From NCBI GenBank assembly GCA_004764695.1, contig SMSO01000037.1, positions 1,836,747 to 1,900,746 of the forward strand: a DNA stretch of 64,000 nt, given 5' to 3'. Position numbers and translations under genes: made by a program. A model generated the notes under the pieces. It was not told where the DNA came from and ran no database searches. It saw only the letters and a program-made list of their open reading frames with translations. The stretch's first letter is position 1; each line of letters begins with the position of its first letter. Below are positions 56,010-64,000 of the stretch, one piece after another. The stretch comes from Schizochytrium sp. TIO01 (taxonomy: Eukaryota > Protista > Bigyra: Labyrinthulomycetes).

Positions 56010-57140
56010 ATGGATATTGGAGGCGCAGACCCGAACCAGCGCCGTCGGTCTTCGACGGCTACGAGACTCGGTAATTTGATGGCAGGCCAGGCTGGGTCTA
56101 GCTCGAACGTTGTGCGCCGTCGTGGCAACAGCGCGCAGAACAGTGGCGATGTGAAAGGCCTTGTGCCTGATGACTTCTCTGTGGAAACTCCGGCCAGCTT
56201 GAACTCGGCACCGCTGTCTAGCAAGGACAAGTTTCAGACATGCCTGAAGAATAAGTGGTGCAAGCTGTTGCTCGCGCTTCTCGGCCTTTTGGTGGCTTAC
56301 GGAATTTTCGCCCTCATTTTTGATGCAATGCACAGCGAAGACCCATGTGTCGTGGCACGCCGCTCTTTGCACACCGTGCGCAGTTTTCCGCCTCGGCAGG
56401 ATGTTCCTGAGGACTTCAAGCAGGAGTTGCCCAAGATCATTCACCAGCAGTGGAAGGACACCCATATCACGAACCCTAAGTACGAGCTATGGTCCAAGCG
56501 CTGGAAGACCCTCTTTCCCGAGCCTGAGTACAAGCACATTCTCTGGACGGATGAGACCCAACGCCAGCTTATTGAGGAGCAGTTCAGCTGGTTTTTGCCG
56601 TACTATGATGGCTACAAATTCAACATCCAGCGTGCTGACGCCTCGCGCTATTTTATCATGTATGCCTTTGGCGGTGTCTACGCCGATTTGGATTATGAGC
56701 CTCTTGTGAACTTTTGGGACCACCTGCCGCAAGACCGTGTCAGTCTCGTGGAGAGTCCGTACCAGTACAACGAGCTTGTTCAGAACAGTCTTATGAGCTC
56801 ACCGCAGGGTGATCCCTTCTGGAAGCACGCCTTTGAGATCCTCGTGAAGCAGTTTGGCAAGCCCGTCCTTGCCGCCACTGGACCTGTCTATCTTGATATC
56901 ACCATCAAGACCAACCCGCACCCGTGGTACCCGCTTCCTTGCGAGAACTTCCACCGTATTCCTCTTGGCGAGCAGGACCAGTCTCCCTTCCTTACTCTCC
57001 TTCACCGCGAGGTTCTTGGCCGTGTATTCCCGATGAAGCAATGTGGTGACTACAACGATTTTGCCTGCCACCAGGCTAAACACCACAACACGGCTAGTTA
57101 CCTTGCAGACACTGGTCTTTTCAACTTGTTGTGGACCTAA
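56010..57140 (+). CDS. Glycosyltransferase family 32 (DXD motif; SUR1/OCH1-like), type II membrane protein
   Basis: Single TM (LLLALLGLLVAYGIFALIF), LPKIIHQQWK, LWTD, RADASRYFIMYAFGGVYADLD, NSLM, TGP. Confidence 0.92.
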   Translation: MDIGGADPNQRRRSSTATRLGNLMAGQAGSSSNVVRRRGNSAQNSGDVKGLVPDDFSVETPASLNSAPLSSKDKFQTCLKNKWCKLLLALLGLLVAYGIFALIFDAMHSEDPCVVARRSLHTVRSFPPRQDVPEDFKQELPKIIHQQWKDTHITNPKYELWSKRWKTLFPEPEYKHILWTDETQRQLIEEQFSWFLPYYDGYKFNIQRADASRYFIMYAFGGVYADLDYEPLVNFWDHLPQDRVSLVESPYQYNELVQNSLMSSPQGDPFWKHAFEILVKQFGKPVLAATGPVYLDITIKTNPHPWYPLPCENFHRIPLGEQDQSPFLTLLHREVLGRVFPMKQCGDYNDFACHQAKHHNTASYLADTGLFNLLWT

Positions 57141-58100
57141 GCTAAATTCCCTTTATGCCAATGCAATGAATCAAGAATAAATTCCGCCGTATCGTTTGCG
57201 AGTAAGCACATTGTATGGTCGAATTTCCCCTACATGTGGTGTATTCTTTACGCTAGAGCATGGAAATCAAGACCTGTTTTTCCTCTCAGAACGCAATCTG
57301 ACCGAAAATCTTCTGAGATGGCAGTCAAGACTTATCAGATCTACATCGATACCGATGGTTACATACAGATTCATCGAACGGTTGCGCCATTGCTGTTGTA
57401 GAGGATCAAGCTAATTTCTTTTGGTAGGTTCCTGACAGAATAAAGAGGGACTCTTACTCTCAGCCCTCTATCTACACTTACATTCTAGACCTGATTCAAG
57501 CTCTAGACTTTGCTTGCCATTCGTATTATTTCAAACTGTTCTGGCAGTCCAAACTTAACAACTTAAAACACTGATATCAAAAAAGGTAATAAAGAAAATT
57601 GAACAAAAACACAAAACACACAAAAAACAATGCTCTACTACAACTTCAAGGATTATGCCTACATCGAAAGTCGAAAATACAATTCTTTCGAAGGGTTGGA
57701 ACTAATCTAATATGAATCGGTTCTGGAGGAGGTTTTGTGACTGCAGTCCATGCAGAGTTTACGTACAGTTGGCATCCACCTCCATAACAAAGTGTACGCC
57801 GAATGTTTACTTTTTCACTTTGTAGTTTCTCTTTCTGCCTTTTCTCCTGCTGCTAATGGCCTCTCTTGCTAATACTGTTCGGGAAAGTACCCTTCAGCAT
57901 TAAAAACTTGGTGTAGTCATTGAATTATGATTCAATCTTGAAAGTTCAATTCTGATAGCAACAGATTCCCTTGCCTATAAACTATTTGAACAGCATGTGC
58001 TCTTGGCGCTTTTCTTTGCGCCATGATTACTTTGACAGAGAAAGCTATGCAATGATAAATGAAATAGGGGAAGCTAAGAAAGAGGTTACAACGGACTAGT

Positions 58101-59117
58101 TTATGCGAATTTCTTTCGCAGATGCGCAAGCATTGCCTGGTGCGATTCCAAAAGTGCTGATGATGTGGCAGAATTAATCACAGACGTGGGAATCCAACCG
58201 TTAAGGTTCATATTGTTGACCATTTCATACTTGAACGTATTGTCGCCAAGGGATGTAATCCTCATACCTCCGCCCGGATGGGAGGTTCCTAGCACGTATG
58301 TCTTATCTGGCTTGAGCACATTAGCGAGCCATGTTTTGTCTTTCTTAGGGTCCAATCCTACAGTTGCCGAAATTGAACCATTGTCTGGAGCAAGATGATG
58401 CTGCGTAGAACCATGGTATTTGACACGTAAATCAAAGAACTCCCGTGAGGAAATCGCTCCACCTGCTGCCGCATTAGTCACCATACGAGCAATCGTGAAG
58501 TGCTCCCCAAAAGATTTAACAATACTTCCCTCCTTTAGAGCTGTGTCCCACCCCTTGGCACCAACACGGCGGTCAAAGTCCATAAGCTCCGCTTCCAGCT
58601 CTTGAAGAGATTCAGCTCTACAAGTGCAGGTAACTTTCCATCGTTTTGTGGACTGACCTGGAAATTCTGCGCTAAAGACCTTGATTCCGTCTCTATCCTG
58701 TTCGAGCTGCCATGGTTTCCCATCGCAGGTGTGGTCTGCATCAAGGTTCTTTGCAAACTGCTTTAAAGAATGTTCAATACGCTCGAGGCCTGCCTTGGGA
58801 AGAACGTCTTTCTCAAGGGTTACCTTGGACTTATCTGGAACGGATTTGGAGACGGGCTTGGAGGCAGGCTTGGTTGATTCTGCTTTGGAGGCTATTGCGG
58901 AGGCCTCAGAGACAGCTAGAGCAACAAGCCACGCAAGCTGAGCCAGAATATAAAGCTCATAGCGTCCAGCAAGCGCAGCAAGGGCGGATATGGCAAGCGC
59001 GACATGTTTAGCAACCCCCTGGGCAGGCCCATGTAGCCAGATGTCCACGGAGAAGAGTGCAAAGAAAGCCGAGAAGGCCACCCGGCTGAGGAACCCAGCC
59101 TCAAAAACCGCACTCAT
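58101..59117 (-). CDS. START/SRPBCC lipid-binding domain protein with N-terminal membrane anchor
   Basis: W......DGIKVF, R...WD, AAGGAISSREFFDLR and NLNGWIPTSVIN motifs typical of START domains. Hydrophobic N-terminus. Confidence 0.85.
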   Translation of the reverse strand: MSAVFEAGFLSRVAFSAFFALFSVDIWLHGPAQGVAKHVALAISALAALAGRYELYILAQLAWLVALAVSEASAIASKAESTKPASKPVSKSVPDKSKVTLEKDVLPKAGLERIEHSLKQFAKNLDADHTCDGKPWQLEQDRDGIKVFSAEFPGQSTKRWKVTCTCRAESLQELEAELMDFDRRVGAKGWDTALKEGSIVKSFGEHFTIARMVTNAAAGGAISSREFFDLRVKYHGSTQHHLAPDNGSISATVGLDPKKDKTWLANVLKPDKTYVLGTSHPGGGMRITSLGDNTFKYEMVNNMNLNGWIPTSVINSATSSALLESHQAMLAHLRKKFA

Positions 59118-62009
59118 AGCGGATGTAGCAAGATAAACTAGCAGAAAGCGACTCCAGAGCCGGGATGACTCTGCAGAAGCTGAGGATGTCTAGCGCTCAA
59201 GATTGGATATTTTGATTTGTTCATTGTCAAAAACACTAACAAAGACTAAATAGGTAGGTACTATTATAACATTGTTAGCCTAGCTAGATATTATCAGAAC
59301 TTGAAAATGCGTTAATTTGAGGGAAGACTTAGGAGACATCTTGAAAGAAAGCCATGTTACGATAAGTAGGGGCATTGGCCTGAGGAAAGCATTTAGAAAG
59401 AAACTAACCATCAAATATCATAAGGTCAGCTCGTATACCTCGAAGAAAACGAGGAAAATACATAGGCCAACATCATTTTACATCATTTCGTAATACTGAA
59501 TTAGAACTTTTGGGGGGTTGGTTGTGGAAAGGTGCTTCTATGTCTATACTCTGAACCCTGATAATTTAAATTAAAGTTTTATATGAAGCTTGGTCTGAGC
59601 GTGGGATCTATGCCTTCATATCTTGTCCGATACATGCATGACATATGCAACTTTAAGTCACATGTTATGGCAATTATGTCTTATTGGTCTATGAAAAGAT
59701 TGGAGTTGTTTACATTGTGATACAGCTTTGGCTGAGTTTGCCTGCACCGAGTCTGCATGGGAGACTTGAAAGGCACGGGAAGTTTTTCATTTTTTAAAGA
59801 ACTTTCAAACAACTTTAACAAATGAACGATGTACACTAACCCCCCTGTTATAGATGCGCTGCATGTTAGTCCAATTGTCTTCAAGATGATCTACAGTATT
59901 AAAATTATATTTTTCGATTTCTCTAGTTATTTTTTTGTGTAGAGGAACTCAAGATCTACTTCAGATGTGCGCGTGGAAGGTCAATCAAGTATAATAATAA
60001 CCCTTCTCTGGCAGCGATAGCGCGCTTTTATCGCACTACGGCACACAAGCAAGATACTCAATCTATTCTCGACAAAAATATACAGAATTAGAAACGAATA
60101 GATAAATTTTGTTTGAGCAACTTTACACTTACTTGTTCATTGATCATGGTGAGGTCATCTATATTCTCATTCGATCGCGGCATGTAGTTAAGGCGGGTTT
60201 TATATGTGGAACTGTTGATGTCTTGAAAAAGATTATGGGCTCAAAATTTTCTGTGCATAGATACTGTAATTTGTAAAAAATATCGCCCATTTTCTGAACT
60301 AAATCCGGTTTGACGCTTTATAATTTTTTCACCATGTGAACATAAACTTGGGCAAGTTCGTTCATAGTTAATCGAAACTGTTTATTCTCAGTCTGCAGGG
60401 AGTTGTTTTGCACATGTCAAGAAGATTCGTTCATAATAAACAAGTTCGATGCCCAAAAGCTACACTATCAGCTGGGATTTCAAAATAGCAAAGGGTTGTG
60501 ATGCGTTCTTGCCTGTTTTTCAAAGAGCTATCGGGGGTTACGAAAGAAGATATAGATAAGAGTACCTTGTTTGACTGGGTAAAGTAGTAACACCCACGAT
60601 CAGTCCATTGGTCGCCGTTTCACTCAAAGCAAAAGGCCAAAAACAAAGCCCCACAGATTACGAAGCCTCCCTGAGCTTCACATAACTGACCAGATTCACC
60701 TTTGAACAGTACATCATAAGCAAACAAGTGCAAATGGCGCTCTCGAAACAGCTTTTATATTTGCCAAACAAGCACATCAACCTTTTGGTTTTATAGGAAT
60801 CTATCCGCCCTGCAAACTCGACCTGAGAAATATGATAAACTCGCCATGATGGTTTGTTTGATCGATGGACGATCGAGCGCTTGTGTCCTTCCAAATAGCT
60901 AGTCAAGGTACTTATCTACCTTAGCTGGCTTCAATTGCTCTTTAATTATTATCGTTTCTTTATGTTTCCATTTACTTATGTAGCATAATACATGGAAACG
61001 ATCTTGACGTTTTCAAGCATTTGATTTCTCAATCTACGAGTCAATTTTCAATTTTAAAATTCTTTTTAAATTAAATTCGTTACAAGATTATTCAATTTAT
61101 GATTATCCAAAAATAAAAAATTTAGAATTAAAAAAAAAAACAAAAAAAACTTCGGATAAATTATACATATAAATTTATAGGTACATCATAACAAATATAA
61201 CTATCCTATGATACTTAAGGGGAAAAGTAGAGTAAGTAAAGTAAGTGCACTTACTACTACATAGTAAGAGAGATCGCTGACAGGGTCTTATGGTATAGTA
61301 GCGAGGCTTATCCGAAGATCGAGAAAGACCTGCGCTCTTCGTTGTGTTCTTTCAGAAGGGAGTGGTACCTGGGGCACTGCGCAAAAACTGAAATACCAAC
61401 AGATACGTAGTACATCAAACTCGAGATCTTCAACTGATTCACAAACCCAGCCCAAGCTCAAGTTATTCTTCAAGTTCTTCAAGTTCTTCAGGCCTTCTTC
61501 TTTGACAAAATTAACTTGAACGACTTGTGATATGATCATTTCAAGATGCCTTAGAAGTTTCCTACCTTCCCTACCAGTAGTAGCTGTAACGCCCTAGATT
61601 TTTCACGAGCGATCGAAATCGAATGAGGTGCTTGTTTCTCCAGCTTATCCTGTGCCCATAAATCGAAGCTCCAGCATATCTGCATCTTCCGTGGAGCCTG
61701 CATCTCTCGACCCCCATCCTCAGCTCCATTTCCCCTCGAAATGTGCCCTCGAGGCACAGTCGCAATTACATCCTCAATCGCAATTACAAGAGATGCATTG
61801 CCGAGGAGAGGCGGCTGCTAGGCAGCGGTAGCCACCCCTACGGTTAGCTTCAGTTACGCTAAACGCTAGGCCTGGCGAGAGTGGCGAAAAGAGAGTGAGC
61901 AGGAAGAACGCAATGGAACAGCGAGCCGCGGAGAAAATTAGAACGAAAGAACAGAAGATAGCGAGGAGCAAAGATACTAAGGAAGAAGCAGGAAAGAATA
62001 AAGAGATGC

Positions 62010-62575
62010 GTAGATAGATAGATACATAGATAGATAGATGGATAGAGAGAGAGACAGATCAACAAAAACAAACTGATCCTCATAAAGGTAAGGGTTGTTA
62101 AAATAAGCAAAGTTTCTGTGTCGCCTCTAAAGAAGGAAACGTTCTAAATTATTTATTATTATGAAATAGATATTTGGATATATAGATATATAGAGAGATA
62201 GATAGATAGCGAATAGATAGATAGCGAATAGATAGAGAGATAGAGAGATAGAGAGAGATAGCGAATAGATAGAGAAGGAGAGCGAAAGGCGTGGGACCTC
62301 GAGGAACAGAGATGTTTGGGCCAAGATAGGCAGAAGCAGAGGCGGCCGGAGAGAGGTTTTGAAGAGGCAGAGGCGGAGGCGAAGGGAAGAAGGGGAATTG
62401 AATGAGCAGACAGACGCGCAGGCCCGGGGTAGGGAATTTGGTAAGAAGCAGGTAGAAAGGCGAAGAAGGAGGAGGGGGAGAAGAAAAAGAAGCTGAGAGA
62501 GAAGAAGGAGATAAAAGAAGAAGAAAGAAAGAAAGAAAGAAGGAAAGAAAGAAAAGAAAGAAAGAAAGAAACAAA
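62010..62575. repeat. Cluster of (GATA)n, GA-rich and (AAAG)n microsatellites upstream of exportin-7
   Basis: GATA runs at ~62010-62050 and ~62166-62272, AAAG run at ~62518-62572. Confidence 0.85.
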
Positions 62576-63344
62576 CCACGGATCCATCGAGACGGCAGAG
62601 GCGCCGACCGCACGAAGGGCCGCGGGAAGCCGCAGCAGGAGGAAAGACAAAGAAAGGCCGGGAGGCACTGCTAGAGGTACCGGAAGGTCAGGAAGCAGCC
62701 CTAGTGTCAGCTCGGGCGAGAGCGGGTTCGGAAGGGATTGATTGATCGACGCTCGCCGAATCCGGCGTGAAATCCGGCGTGAAATCCGCCGAAGGAGGCG
62801 TGGTTTGCGGCGAGGGAAGGGCCACGAAGCGCTGTAAATCGCACGCACAGCTTTGGGTGGAAACTTGGACCACGTTTACCCAGAGAGGACCCCAGACGTA
62901 AACCCCCAAGCACACGCGAGTCTACCCGAGGCAAACCGCCGCGAGGAGACCGCTCGCTAGGGGTTCCTATTGTATTGACTATCTGGCGGCTGCGGGAGCG
63001 ACATCGCTCTTGAAGAATATCTTGCAACCTCCAAGCTTAAGTTATCATCCACACAGGCTGTAGATTGGGACGGAGGCGTCGCATTCGCGATTTTGGAATA
63101 GTGAATTTTGACGCAGCTCTGGGCGTTTTCATATTCCGTGGGAAACCCATTTTCTGCGGTTGTTGTTTTCGTGGCGTTCCTTGTTAGATTTGCTGACTTG
63201 TGAGGGTCAATAAAACTTGAATCTTGCACTTACCTGGTGCTCAAGAGACTGTAGATCTGGAAACCCTCGCAAGGTTCCTCTATCTGGAATCAATTATCTC
63301 ATCTATCTTTTGGAGAGGTTGATTTCTCTGGCTGACACAACACA

Positions 63345-64000
63345 ATGGACGCGTCGGAACTGACCAAGCTAGAGAACCTGTGCAGTCTGCTGTATAGTGG
63401 ACAGCAATCTTCGCTGATTGAGCGGCTGGAGGCACAAAGATGGCTGCTGCGGTTGCAGTCGTCAGCGCAGTACCTTCCGCAACTTGAATACACGTTGGAG
63501 AACTCCAGCTCACCATTTGCATTGTTGTACGCGTCGAAGGGACTGCTGCTCATCTTGACCAAAGACTGGCGTAATGTGACTTCGTCGCAGAGGATCCAGC
63601 TCCAACGATTTTTACTGCAACGGCTTGCCCATGCATCGACAGACCCCAATGACTTTGTCACGAAGGCTACTATCCAGGTGCTCTGCCGGCTCACAAAACT
63701 CGGCTGGGTTTCAGATCCTGAGCTACGCGGGCTCATGAACGAGATTGTTCAGTTTCTGCAAGCCGGTGTTCAACACGCAGTGCTGGGCCTGCGCATTTTG
63801 ACAGACCTCATTACAGAATTCGAGCTCGGACGCACAGAACCATCAGGACGTCTTGATCCCGAGGGCCGCCAAGCTGCCCAGGCCTTCCGTGAGCAGGACG
63901 GCCTTTCCCGAGCATTCATGCTTTCTCTGCAAACCATGAACAGGGCCTTCAACTCTCAAGACCCATCAAGAGACCGACCTGTGCTCAAAGAGGCGCTTAA
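63345..64000 (+). CDS. XPO7: Exportin-7/RanBP16-like karyopherin, 5' part (runs off the window; not in the ORF track)
   Basis: Hand translation from ATG 63345 is open to the window end: MDASELTKLENLCSLLY...ERLEAQRWL...LENSSSPFALLYAS...FVTKATIQVLCRLTKLGW...FLQAGVQHAVLGLRILTDLITEF...RQAAQAFRE. This matches the XPO7 N-terminal pattern (LENLC..LY, RITKLGW). Confidence 0.88.
   Translation, partial: MDASELTKLENLCSLLYSGQQSSLIERLEAQRWLLRLQSSAQYLPQLEYTLENSSSPFALLYASKGLLLILTKDWRNVTSSQRIQLQRFLLQRLAHASTDPNDFVTKATIQVLCRLTKLGWVSDPELRGLMNEIVQFLQAGVQHAVLGLRILTDLITEFELGRTEPSGRLDPEGRQAAQAFREQDGLSRAFMLSLQTMNRAFNSQDPSRDRPVLKEAL

Noticed and set aside
60100-60900. Possible further pseudogene on the minus strand
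   Set aside because: Hand translation gave many stops and no recognisable motif; unsupported.
61859-63027. Several 80-230 aa F/L/S-rich minus-strand ORFs
   Set aside because: Products of GA-rich microsatellites and GC-rich promoter DNA upstream of XPO7.
1-64000. CRISPR arrays, tRNA and rRNA genes
   Set aside because: No repeat-spacer periodicity, cloverleaf or rRNA-like sequence recognised by eye; tRNAscan/Infernal would be needed to exclude them formally.

Overview
Eukaryotic, intron-poor genomic DNA with long uninterrupted ORFs, microsatellite-rich intergenic spacers and several decayed coding relics. The style suggests a protist such as a thraustochytrid/labyrinthulomycete, which is inference only. 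Host genes in order: SLC35A-type nucleotide-sugar transporter, UFM1-specific protease, a 2291-aa UBR-box N-recognin E3 ligase, an unknown multi-TM protein with an EcsC-like N-terminus, a PP2C phosphatase, glutaryl-CoA dehydrogenase, three tandem aldehyde dehydrogenase paralogues, a CH-domain (SPATA4/SPEF1-like) protein, a GT32 glycosyltransferase, a START-domain protein and the 5' part of exportin-7 (absent from the ORF track). The stand-out is a ~2.2 kb IS607-type element (~46.53-48.74 kb) inserted in the ALDH array. It encodes an apparently intact Fanzor2 (eukaryotic TnpB) RNA-guided nuclease followed by a well-folding omegaRNA-like scaffold with a predicted pseudoknot. Its serine-recombinase TnpA is overprinted in another frame inside the nuclease's N-terminal ORF and carries several inactivating lesions, one of them silent in the nuclease frame. 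A second unexplained signal is a strongly structured, TATA-preceded minus-strand RNA candidate at ~55.2-55.4 kb.
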